A stretch of DNA of 64,000 nucleotides from a virus: the IMG/VR virus record IMGVR_UViG_3300031576_001126, positions 76,189-140,188 of that record; one strand, given 5' to 3'. Position numbers and translations under genes: made by a program. This document shows, one piece after another, positions 27,770 through 36,716 of the stretch (the first letter of the stretch is position 1; each line of letters starts with the position of its first letter). The notes below the pieces were generated by a model. It saw only the letters and a list, made by a program, of their open reading frames with translations. It did no database searches and was not told the origin of the DNA.

Positions 27770-29569
27770 ATGAAATTATTATTCTCAATGCCACATATAA
27801 GATGTAATGATAAGTTCGAAAGATGTCTTAGATCATTAAAAGAAAGAACTGCAAATCATGATATATTTCTATACATATGTAACTCTTTTGGCAATGATAG
27901 AACTAAAAGCGAAATAGAAAACATATTATCAACAATTGGATTCAATAATTATAAAATAGACGTAAGTAAAAATAATTTTGGATGTTCTGTGGCATGGAAT
28001 GTTGGTATAAAATATGGAATTGATAATAATTTTGATTATATAATTATTGCAAATGATGATATGTTATATTCAAAAGATTGGTTTGAAAATTGCTTAAAGT
28101 GGTTTGAAAAATATCCGAAATTGGATTGTGTTCATCCAATGATAGTCGGCGACATAGAGCTTGATGAGATTGGTTTTGACAATCTTTGTGAAAATACATT
28201 GCTTCCCAAACATGAAGATAACTTTAATACCGGAATTGCATTCGGAGCTATGGTTTGTAAAAAATCTCTATTTGAAAAGATAGGTTTGCTTGACGAAAAT
28301 TATTATCCGGCATTTTATGAAGATATTGATTATGCCTTCAGAATGTTCTTGAATGACGATTGTTATTTTATAACTTGTGGAGATTCTTTTATATATCATT
28401 TTAAACATAGCACAACTGGAAAAATATATATTAATTCTGAAAATTGCAAGAAATACTATTACAAGAAGTGGGAGGGTAAAAGCGGAGAGGATGCGAGCAG
28501 CAATGCAACATTAAGAGTTGTCTCATATATTAATGATGTGAAATCATATGAATCAAATAAAAGAGTTGATAAAAATTTCAAATGTGCAGATTCATCAATA
28601 ATAGAAAGCCCAATAATTATTGAAGAAATAAATTCTAAGAAAAAGCTTGTTTATATCTCTTATCTTAGGAGTGACTTTCTTGACGATGTTGTTTTTAGTG
28701 GATTGCGATATTTCTCTGACAAATACGATCTTTACTACATCATACCAGACGGAGCCGACTACATAACAAGAAAGAATAGATGCCATTTCAAGACAAGAAC
28801 GGATTGGGCGAGAACAGCTTCGGTTATGAAGCCATTTGATTACAATACTGATTATGACATATGCATTGTGGGCCAACTTTGGCAAGAAAGTCAAGCCTGT
28901 TACAATTCATTCAAGGGAAAAGTAAAGTTTACATGCTGCATAGACGGAATGGACAATCCAACGACGCCACAGGTTGATCACGATCTTTTAATTAGGAGAG
29001 AGACCGCAGATACAAAAATATTTGTGCCGTTTGCGTGTCCGTACGATATAGTCTATAAAGAAAATACAAAAATACCAAAATATTTTGTAAATTTCCAAAT
29101 GAGCGATACTTATAAGACTAGACGTGATTTTTTCAATAAAATTGTTCAAATAAATCCTGAAAATTCAATCATAACCTTCCAACCTTGGGGAAAAGAAATT
29201 CTCGGAAATGCTCCATTTACACCACAAGAAGATTGGTGGAACGTTTTGGAGGAAAGCAAAGCAATAATGAATGATCGAGGGGCCGGAGGGGATGCTTTTA
29301 GATTTTGGGAGGGAATGGCAACCGGAAATTTTGTTGTTTCCTCAAGAAGGCAAATATTTAACGATCTGCCATCTCCGCCAAATGTTATTTGGTTTGATGA
29401 TTTGAACGAATTGGATTCAATAATTTGTGATTTGAGAAAAGTCAGTGATGACGAACTTATGGTCGTGAGAAAAAAGTCGAAAGAGTTCGTGAAACAACAT
29501 CACATGCCAAGAAACAGAACCGAAAAAGTATTGTTGAGGATAGAGGAAAAAATAAATGAAAGACATTAA
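27770..29569 (+). CDS. GT2 glycosyltransferase fused to a second GT-B-like domain
   Basis: NFGCSVAWNVG, ANDD, GLLDENYYPAFYEDIDY; C-terminal GAGGDAFRFWEG pattern. Confidence 0.8.
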   Translation: MKLLFSMPHIRCNDKFERCLRSLKERTANHDIFLYICNSFGNDRTKSEIENILSTIGFNNYKIDVSKNNFGCSVAWNVGIKYGIDNNFDYIIIANDDMLYSKDWFENCLKWFEKYPKLDCVHPMIVGDIELDEIGFDNLCENTLLPKHEDNFNTGIAFGAMVCKKSLFEKIGLLDENYYPAFYEDIDYAFRMFLNDDCYFITCGDSFIYHFKHSTTGKIYINSENCKKYYYKKWEGKSGEDASSNATLRVVSYINDVKSYESNKRVDKNFKCADSSIIESPIIIEEINSKKKLVYISYLRSDFLDDVVFSGLRYFSDKYDLYYIIPDGADYITRKNRCHFKTRTDWARTASVMKPFDYNTDYDICIVGQLWQESQACYNSFKGKVKFTCCIDGMDNPTTPQVDHDLLIRRETADTKIFVPFACPYDIVYKENTKIPKYFVNFQMSDTYKTRRDFFNKIVQINPENSIITFQPWGKEILGNAPFTPQEDWWNVLEESKAIMNDRGAGGDAFRFWEGMATGNFVVSSRRQIFNDLPSPPNVIWFDDLNELDSIICDLRKVSDDELMVVRKKSKEFVKQHHMPRNRTEKVLLRIEEKINERH

Positions 29570-30317
29570 AGATAGAATAAAAGTTGGCATAGTATCCATG
29601 TGCAATCATGGTCTTACCGACAAATGCATTAAAAGCTGTATAAAGAGTGGAATAAATGATGTTTATGTTTTTTGCAATTCATCAACAATAAATTTCGATA
29701 ATTCCGTAAGACACGATATAGCTGGAAGAAATATCGGGGTGTCATATGGCTGGAATATGCTGGTCAAAGATTTTTTGAAAAGTGACAAAGATTATCTTTT
29801 TATATGCAATGATGATATAATATTTATGAATAATTGGCATATTTGTGCCAAACATTTGGATGATGAGAGAATTGGTATTGTTAGCCCATTGCTTTTAGAG
29901 AGGAAGTTTTATGACGATATTTCTGGAAGTTCCAATATATTCCTGAATGACTGGCAAAATGTATGTTTGTTTGGATGTTTTGGGATTAACAGAAAGACTA
30001 TAGAGAAAATTGGCATGTTCGATGAAGAGTTTGAATGTTGTGGCGAAGATAGCGATTATAAGGCCAGAATCTTCAAATATGCCCTATCCTCGGAAAATCC
30101 AATTTTGATGATGACTGACAATAGCTGTTATGTTTTTCATTATGGTGGTCAATCTCTAAAATCTTCATTTAACGAAACCAGAGAAAAATCAAAGATGGCC
30201 AATATACTTTTTGATAGAAAACACCCGGAATGGCCGACATTGACAAGGGCCAATTATGACAGGGTTTCCATAGAATATGGCAAGAAATTGGAATGCGTTA
30301 AAAATGGAATCGAATAA
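29556..30317 (+). CDS. GT2 glycosyltransferase
   Basis: NIGVSYGWN, CNDD, IGMFDEEF...EDSDY, HYGGQS. Confidence 0.85.
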   Translation: MKDIKDRIKVGIVSMCNHGLTDKCIKSCIKSGINDVYVFCNSSTINFDNSVRHDIAGRNIGVSYGWNMLVKDFLKSDKDYLFICNDDIIFMNNWHICAKHLDDERIGIVSPLLLERKFYDDISGSSNIFLNDWQNVCLFGCFGINRKTIEKIGMFDEEFECCGEDSDYKARIFKYALSSENPILMMTDNSCYVFHYGGQSLKSSFNETREKSKMANILFDRKHPEWPTLTRANYDRVSIEYGKKLECVKNGIE

Positions 30318-31065
30318 TAAAGTTTCAATATGCATAAGTCATTTTAATAGACCGCTCGCACTTAAGCAGGCAATTTTGGGAATAAACAAGTTTATAAGAC
30401 CAAACTATTGCAATATTGAAGTTCTAGTTTCTGACGATGGGTCGAGCAAGGAGAATGTTGATGATATTTCAAAAATAGATGGTATAGATAAACTTCTATT
30501 TAATGAACATATTGGCGGAGGTTCAAACAACAATAAACTTATATGTAATTGTTCTGGAGATTATATTATATGGCATCAAGACGATTTTGAGTGCCTTGGA
30601 TATGACAATTTCATAGAAGATTGTATAATTCTATCGGAGGTTGAGAATTGTGGAATAATAAGACTTTCGGGATTCAATGGAAAATTCGAAAAAACACCAT
30701 TCAGAATAGATAGAATGCCAGAAGACACAAAGCCGGGTTTTAGATATGAATTAAAGGAACATGTGGGAATTCCTTATGCTGAGGCGATACGAGAAAGTGA
30801 TGAATTAGTTAAGGTTCGGGGAGATCTTAGATGTCTTTATAGCGATCATCCACATTTCAAAACAAGGAAATTCATCGAAAAAATAGGTTTGTACAAAGAA
30901 GGTGCGAGCATCTGGAGATCGGAAGGGGATTTTGTCGAAAGATATTGGAATGATGGATTTAAGACTATTTTTTGGGGAAATTTGATAGTAAGTAGCAATT
31001 TTAAGACAACCAAAACTATTTTGAGTGATAAAGAACAGGAATTGATAAATAGAAATATTCTATAG
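30304..31065 (+). CDS. GT2 glycosyltransferase
   Basis: VSICISHFNR, VSDDGS, HQDD. Start at 30304 preferred over 30277. Confidence 0.85.
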   Translation: MESNNKVSICISHFNRPLALKQAILGINKFIRPNYCNIEVLVSDDGSSKENVDDISKIDGIDKLLFNEHIGGGSNNNKLICNCSGDYIIWHQDDFECLGYDNFIEDCIILSEVENCGIIRLSGFNGKFEKTPFRIDRMPEDTKPGFRYELKEHVGIPYAEAIRESDELVKVRGDLRCLYSDHPHFKTRKFIEKIGLYKEGASIWRSEGDFVERYWNDGFKTIFWGNLIVSSNFKTTKTILSDKEQELINRNIL

Positions 31066-31075
31066 GAGAATAAAA

Positions 31076-31639
31076 ATGAAAGCCAAAGGGAATGTTGTTG
31101 ATGATTATAACGGTATAATTTGTTCTGTTATAAATGCATGTGAGTTTAAGAACTATCTTGAATTGGGATTGGCAGGCGGACATCAGTTTGATAAAGTCTC
31201 CAAAAATTGTCCAAACCTAGAAACTATGGTTGCGGTTGATATTAGAACTTCCGATTGGACTATATTTAATCCACTACCAACAAACCCAAGAATGAAAATA
31301 TATAATGGTACGAAAACTGATGATTTCTTTGCAAATAACGTGAAGGATCATAAATTTGATGTTGCTTTTATAGACGCCTGTCACAACTATGATCAAGTTA
31401 TGAGAGATTTTAACAATGTCTTGAATGTAATTGAAGAAGATGGAATAATTTTCATGCACGATACCTATCCTCCCAATCAATCTCATACCACAGAAGGAGC
31501 ATGTTCCGACGCATATAAAGCGTATATGGATATATGCGATAATTATCGCAAAGTTTGTGAATGTGTCAATGTTCCAATATTTTGTGGTCTAAATATTGTG
31601 AGGAAGATAAATAGAAGTAGGAGAATATTAACGATATGA
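31076..31639 (+). CDS. Class I SAM methyltransferase (Methyltransf_24-like)
   Basis: YLELG, FIDACHNYDQVMRD, IFMHDTYP. Confidence 0.85.
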   Translation: MKAKGNVVDDYNGIICSVINACEFKNYLELGLAGGHQFDKVSKNCPNLETMVAVDIRTSDWTIFNPLPTNPRMKIYNGTKTDDFFANNVKDHKFDVAFIDACHNYDQVMRDFNNVLNVIEEDGIIFMHDTYPPNQSHTTEGACSDAYKAYMDICDNYRKVCECVNVPIFCGLNIVRKINRSRRILTI

Positions 31640-32613
31640 TAGCCAACTCAAATATATTGATAACCGGAGGCACTGGCAGTTTTGGAAACAGAGTTGCCCA
31701 AAAAATAATTGCCATGAATCCAAAGTCGGTTTCAATATTGTCGAGAGACGAGAAAAAGCAATATGAGATGAAAAAGCTTTTCCCTGATTTCAGATATCTT
31801 ATAGGCGATGTTAGGGATGCAAACAGGGTGGATTTTTGTTGCAAAAATATGGATTATATCTTCCATGCGGCTGCCTTAAAACAAGTTCCAAATTGCGAAG
31901 ATTTCCCGCACGAGGCACTTCAAACCAACTCAATCGGATCATTCAATGTATGCAATTCTGCCATAAGAAACAGCGTAAAAAAGGTCGTATTTTTATCAAC
32001 CGATAAAGCCGTAAAGCCAATAAACGCTATGGGTATCTCCAAAGCGATGATGGAAAAGATTGTTGTCTCCCAAAATAACAAAAACATAAACGACTGTGCC
32101 ACAATATTCTGCTGCGTTAGATACGGAAACGTTATGGCGAGCAGGGGAAGTGTAATTCCATTTTTTAGGAAGTGTATAGAAAATGGATCTGATATACCAA
32201 TAACTGTTCCAGAAATGACACGTTTTATGTTGACATTGGACGATGCCTGCGAGCTTATTTTCTATGCTTTTGAAAATTCGAAAGGCGGGGAAATCTTTGT
32301 CAAAAAATCTCCAGCCTGCACTGTTGATTTTCTTGTAGATTTCATGTTAAAATACCACGGTGGGTCTAGCCAAAAGAAAATAATAGGCCCAAGACCGGGA
32401 GAAAAATATCACGAGACCCTGATAAGTGAGTATGAATCCCTAAGAGCAAGCGACATGGGAAATTTCTTTGTTGTCCATTCGGAATATTCAAGTTATTTTA
32501 ACAGTCATGTGGAATTTGGAATAGAATACACTTCTGAAAATACAAATAGAATAACAAACTATGATGATTTTTTAGATCTATACGAAAGGGCTAACTTTTT
32601 TGATTTGGAGTAG
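31636..32613 (+). CDS. fnlA: UDP-GlcNAc 4,6-dehydratase/epimerase, FnlA/CapE/WbjB type
   Basis: GGTGSFG, HAAALKQVP, STDKAVKPINAMGISKA (MxxxK variant typical of FnlA/CapE rather than the PseB YxxxK), RYGNVMASRGSVIP, MTRF, RPGEK. Confidence 0.85.
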   Translation: MIANSNILITGGTGSFGNRVAQKIIAMNPKSVSILSRDEKKQYEMKKLFPDFRYLIGDVRDANRVDFCCKNMDYIFHAAALKQVPNCEDFPHEALQTNSIGSFNVCNSAIRNSVKKVVFLSTDKAVKPINAMGISKAMMEKIVVSQNNKNINDCATIFCCVRYGNVMASRGSVIPFFRKCIENGSDIPITVPEMTRFMLTLDDACELIFYAFENSKGGEIFVKKSPACTVDFLVDFMLKYHGGSSQKKIIGPRPGEKYHETLISEYESLRASDMGNFFVVHSEYSSYFNSHVEFGIEYTSENTNRITNYDDFLDLYERANFFDLE

Positions 32614-32618
32614 TTTGA

Positions 32619-33503
32619 ATGATACTGGTTGCAGGAGGTTCTGGTGGTCTTGGTCGCACATTTGTTGATCGAGACCATCTTGGAACCCACTTCTCTAAGA
32701 AATATAAAAACACTGAATTCGCCGATTTTTCAAAATCAGAAAATGAAACTTGGAAGAAGCTTGACGAACTTTGTCGTGGCAAAGATATTGATTGTGTTGT
32801 TTCGACCATTTCTTATACCGATGTTGATGGTTCTGAAAGAGATTTCGAAAAAAGCAAAAAAATAACAAGAGACTCAAATATACAAATATGTGATTGGTGT
32901 AATAAAAACAAATTACCATTTATATTTATATCGTCCAATGATATTTTTGATGGAGAAAGGGGACTGTATCTCGAAAATGATAAACCCCTTCCAGTGAACA
33001 ATTACTGCCTTCATAAAATTGAGGCAGAAGAGCATATATTAAAATGCGAGGGAGACAATCTTATTATTAGATGCAGTCTTCTTGAAGATTATAGCTCATT
33101 CAAAAAAATACCACTTATAGTAAAGATTTATAATTCAATTATAGAAAAAATCGACGTAAGTTTATTTCGTGATTCATATAATAGTCCCGTAAGTATCGAG
33201 TTTGTTTGCGATTTTATTGAAAGTTTTTTGAAATCGAATTTCAAAAAATGGAACGGGATAAGACATCTGCACAGCGAAAGGGTTTCAAAATATGAAATCG
33301 GGGAGATAATGTGCGATATTCTTGGATACAACTATAATAATATAAAAGAGTCATCAATATCCGATTGCAATTTCTTGGCAAAGAGGCCAAAAGACGTTTC
33401 TTTGCTTTCGCTTTATGATAATTGTAATCTTGGAAGTATTCATAAAAACATATCCAATATAATTTACAGCATAGGACAAAAGGACAAGACACTCAATGGA
33501 TAG
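32619..33503 (+). CDS. RmlD-like NDP-4-keto-6-deoxysugar reductase (SDR)
   Basis: GGSGGLG, TDVDGSE, ISSNDIFDG, PVNNYCLHK (YxxxK), RPKDVSL. Confidence 0.8.
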   Translation: MILVAGGSGGLGRTFVDRDHLGTHFSKKYKNTEFADFSKSENETWKKLDELCRGKDIDCVVSTISYTDVDGSERDFEKSKKITRDSNIQICDWCNKNKLPFIFISSNDIFDGERGLYLENDKPLPVNNYCLHKIEAEEHILKCEGDNLIIRCSLLEDYSSFKKIPLIVKIYNSIIEKIDVSLFRDSYNSPVSIEFVCDFIESFLKSNFKKWNGIRHLHSERVSKYEIGEIMCDILGYNYNNIKESSISDCNFLAKRPKDVSLLSLYDNCNLGSIHKNISNIIYSIGQKDKTLNG

Positions 33504-33833
33504 AAAAACGACTTTGATATTTGGGATTTCAGGACAGGAAAAATAAAAACGAATGTCTGGTCAGAATATAGTATAGATAGGTATGATTAGGAGAAAACCC
33601 ATGCCTAGAAAAAGTTTACCTGAAAAAAATGAAAAATTTATGAGAGCCGAAGAATTAAAGTATTTAAGAGGAGATAGCTCAAGAACAAAAAAATTCTTGG
33701 ATGGGAGCCCAAATACACATTCGAATCCACGATAAACGAAACTGTAGATTACTGGCTAGAACGATTACGAAAAGAAAACAATATTGATAACAAACATGAT
33801 GTTTTATTAAACAACTCTATGGTTCAACTATGA
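33496..33833 (+). pseudogene. gmd: GDP-mannose 4,6-dehydratase remnant (central deletion plus frameshift)
   Basis: N-terminal stub MDRKTTLIFGISGQEK* (33496-33546; cf. ALITGITGQDG). C-terminal stub EKFMRAEELKYLRGDSSRTK, then after a frameshift in the A-run near 33690, KILGWEPKYTFESTINETVDYWL..., ending at TGA 33831-33833, which overlaps the next ATG. Confidence 0.75.
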
Positions 33834-34054
33834 TTGTAAAAAAAATAACATCGGAAAAAAACAAAAATTATGTGGAATACATATTCTCAAACAAAGAGGA
33901 AGCCGAACTTTTTTGGAAAACTGGAGTTCCACAAATAGGGTCTCTATTCGATATCCTAGAAGATGGACATTTAAAAAAAATATTAGCGGCCTACCATCTC
34001 TTATATTCTTCTTACGAGCCAAAAGAATACAAAATATCCATAAAATACGAGTGA
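33830..34054 (+). CDS. Hypothetical protein (74 aa)
   Basis: ATGA overlap with the gmd remnant stop; same strand as neighbours. Confidence 0.55.
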   Translation: MIVKKITSEKNKNYVEYIFSNKEEAELFWKTGVPQIGSLFDILEDGHLKKILAAYHLLYSSYEPKEYKISIKYE

Positions 34055-34192
34055 AAACATATTTTCTATCAACAAAGCTGTTGCGGATTTTTCCTTGATA
34101 TTAAAAAAGCGTATATTAGACTAGGGGATGTTTAAGTTTTTCCTCAAAAACACACAGAGACAGAGTTTTGTATGTTTTTCTAATACGAAATA

Positions 34193-34804
34193 ATGGAGAC
34201 AATTGTTATGCACAAAAAAGGATTCTTGCTTACAATCGAAGGGATTGACGGAGCGGGCAAAACCACTTTGGCAAAATCTCTTCATGATAAACTCCAATCT
34301 ATGCAGATTCCTGTCATTTTAAGCAAGGAACCCACCGATGGTCCCTATGGAAAAAAAATAAGGGAATCCGCAAAAACAAAAAGACTTCCTCTTGAAAGAG
34401 AGTTGTTTCTTTTCATACAAGATAGAAAAGAACATGTGGAAAAGATTATAAAGCCAGCATTAAAAAATGGAAAAGTTGTTATTCTTGATCGTTATATGTA
34501 TTCAACAATAGCATACCAAGGAGCAAGAGGAGCTTCTGTTGCGGAAATTTACCAAGAGCATTGTGATTTTGCTATAGAACCTGATCTTTTAGTAATTTTA
34601 GACTTGCCAATTGACGAGGCTCTTGCTAGAATAAAAAAGACACGAGGATCAACCGACGAGTTTGAAGTGAAATCATATTTAAAACAAGTGGCTTCAAATT
34701 ATTTAAAAGTTAAAGCTCCAGTTATTCTTTATCTCGAAGCAACAAAATCAACAGAAGATTTGGCAGAAGATGTATTGGAAAATTTCTTTAATTCAGAATA
34801 TTAA
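34193..34804 (+). CDS. tmk: Thymidylate (dTMP) kinase
   Basis: IEGIDGAGKTT P-loop, KEP, ILDRYMYSTIAYQG, PDL. Likely start is 34208 (GGAG upstream). Confidence 0.95.
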   Translation: METIVMHKKGFLLTIEGIDGAGKTTLAKSLHDKLQSMQIPVILSKEPTDGPYGKKIRESAKTKRLPLERELFLFIQDRKEHVEKIIKPALKNGKVVILDRYMYSTIAYQGARGASVAEIYQEHCDFAIEPDLLVILDLPIDEALARIKKTRGSTDEFEVKSYLKQVASNYLKVKAPVILYLEATKSTEDLAEDVLENFFNSEY

Positions 34805-34824
34805 AAACATAAAAGGAGAAAGTT

Positions 34825-36198
34825 ATGTCAAACATAGAAAACATCAGTGCTGGCAAAAAATGGACAGATAAAGAAAGAATTAAACTTTATAAGTTAGTTT
34901 CCATAAAAGGGAAGGTTTGGTCTTCTTTGGCCAAAGAATTTGACGTTTCTCCAGATTCCTGTGCAAAAAAATATAAAAGCACCAATTGGCCGCTTATTTT
35001 TTCCAGAAACAATACAACAGAGACCAAAGTTGTAAAAGAAGCCATTGACAATTATAAAAAGAAAAATGTTGTAAAAGAAGAAACACAAAACATTCTTGCT
35101 TTAACTAAACAAAAATTACTACAACAAAGCACAGAAAGAGTTCAAAGAGAATTAGTGGAAAGAGCGGCCATTACAGAACTTATTTTAGAAAAAATAGAAA
35201 GCTCAATAAGCAAAGTCGAACCCATCTCTTTTGAAGAAATAAAATATCCTAAAACAATTGCCAACCGCACTCCCGAAGAAGCTTGTTTGATTTTATCAGA
35301 TCTTCATGTTGGTTTGGCTTGTATCCCAGAAGAAGTTGGTGGGCTTGGAAATTATAACAAAGATGTGTTTTTAAAAAGATTAAATAATCTTGTAAATTCT
35401 ATTTATAAAATCACAGATATTCATAGATCTGTTTATAGAGTTGACACATTAAATATTTTTGGATTGGGTGATTTTGTTCACGGCTCTAATGATGCCGGTA
35501 AATGGGGATTTCTTCACACCGAACAAAATATAATGGATCAGATTTTTGTTTTAGTAAATGAAATAACTAAGGCGCTTCTTATTCTAAATAAAAAATTTAA
35601 CAAAATCAAATTCCATGGCGTGGTTGGAAATCACGGAAGATGCTCTAAAAGAGGGATTGAAAAACACTATGTAAACTGGGACTATATAGTTTATAAAATG
35701 ATTGAATCTTCTCTTTCAAATCAAAGAGGTATGGAGTTCTTTGTACCCAGATCTCTATTCCAAGTTGCCGAAGTTCTTGGATATAAATTTTTATTAATTC
35801 ACGGAGATCAAATAAAGGCATGGAATTCTTTGCCTATTTATGGATTAACAAGAGCAGATGGAAGATATAGGAATATGTTAACCGGAAATAAAAATTTAGA
35901 GGGGTTGATTGAGGAAATAGAGAACAAAAAAACAGATGTAAGCAAACCAGAATTGTTGATGAAGGCTTCGTTAATTTATGCCAAACCATTTGATTTTTTG
36001 ATCGCAGGCCATCATCATCAATCGGCAGAAATAGAATCGGCGGGAGGAGGAAAGATAATTTTAAATTCGAGTTTTCTCGGCGGTGATGATTATACTATTA
36101 ATCAGCTACTGACAACAGGGACAGCTTCGCAAAAGTTTTTCGGGATGCATCCAGAAGGCCGAACTTGGCAGTATGACATTGATTTGAACCGAACTTAA
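34825..36198 (+). CDS. Calcineurin-like metallophosphoesterase/nuclease with N-terminal Myb/HTH-like region
   Basis: SDLH, LGDFVHG, GNHG, IHGD and GHHH motifs; AAGGAG RBS. Confidence 0.8.
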   Translation: MSNIENISAGKKWTDKERIKLYKLVSIKGKVWSSLAKEFDVSPDSCAKKYKSTNWPLIFSRNNTTETKVVKEAIDNYKKKNVVKEETQNILALTKQKLLQQSTERVQRELVERAAITELILEKIESSISKVEPISFEEIKYPKTIANRTPEEACLILSDLHVGLACIPEEVGGLGNYNKDVFLKRLNNLVNSIYKITDIHRSVYRVDTLNIFGLGDFVHGSNDAGKWGFLHTEQNIMDQIFVLVNEITKALLILNKKFNKIKFHGVVGNHGRCSKRGIEKHYVNWDYIVYKMIESSLSNQRGMEFFVPRSLFQVAEVLGYKFLLIHGDQIKAWNSLPIYGLTRADGRYRNMLTGNKNLEGLIEEIENKKTDVSKPELLMKASLIYAKPFDFLIAGHHHQSAEIESAGGGKIILNSSFLGGDDYTINQLLTTGTASQKFFGMHPEGRTWQYDIDLNRT

Positions 36199-36223
36199 AT
36201 AATATAACGGGAACGATCATGAG

Positions 36224-36532
36224 ATGATAAATCAGATAATGGAACCAGGATTCGTAAAATGGATCGCAAAACACAAATGTCTTAATTGTAAAGAAGATAT
36301 TTCCTTCAAAAATTACTTATTTATTGGATTTTCTCTTGGTGAAAAAGATAATGGAATTCTTTGTGTAGATTTTATTTGTGGCAATTGTGAAAAAAAAGGA
36401 ACAATAAAATTCAAAGGTGAAAAATTCTCTTTTGAAAGACTATGTTCTTTGGTTATATTGCATTCGGATATTATGTCTGAAACAGAAAAAAAAGAATGGA
36501 ATAAAAAATATTTAAATAAAAAGGCAAAATAA
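36224..36532 (+). CDS. Small Zn-ribbon protein
   Basis: CLNC...CGNC. Confidence 0.6.
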   Translation: MINQIMEPGFVKWIAKHKCLNCKEDISFKNYLFIGFSLGEKDNGILCVDFICGNCEKKGTIKFKGEKFSFERLCSLVILHSDIMSETEKKEWNKKYLNKKAK

Positions 36533-36536
36533 AACG

Positions 36537-36716
36537 ATGTTTATAAAAAGAGCCATAACAAAAAATGCTATACTTGGAGTTATTGACACCAAGCGTGAAA
36601 ACAGTGATAATTTGAGCGTATGTTGTTCGGTATGCGGAAAATGCTTTAAAAACACTTCCGAAGCCCAGAGTTGCAAGCGAGAAGATTGTCCTTTTTCATG
36701 TCGAAGCCAAAAATAA
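36537..36716 (+). CDS. 59-aa Cys-rich protein (absent from the ORF track)
   Basis: MFIKRAITKNAILGVIDTKRENSDNLSVCCSVCGKCFKNTSEAQSCKREDCPFSCRSQK; fills the gap between two genes and overlaps the helicase start. Confidence 0.55.
   Translation: MFIKRAITKNAILGVIDTKRENSDNLSVCCSVCGKCFKNTSEAQSCKREDCPFSCRSQK
36583..36611 (+). promoter_or_regulatory. Sigma70-type promoter candidate upstream of the helicase/replication operon
   Basis: TTGACA (36583-36588), 17-nt spacer, GATAAT (36606-36611). Confidence 0.45.

Noticed and set aside
20251-33503. Ordinary chromosomal LPS or capsule locus
   Set aside because: No membrane, export or priming components, and the flanking gene order is phage-like rather than housekeeping.
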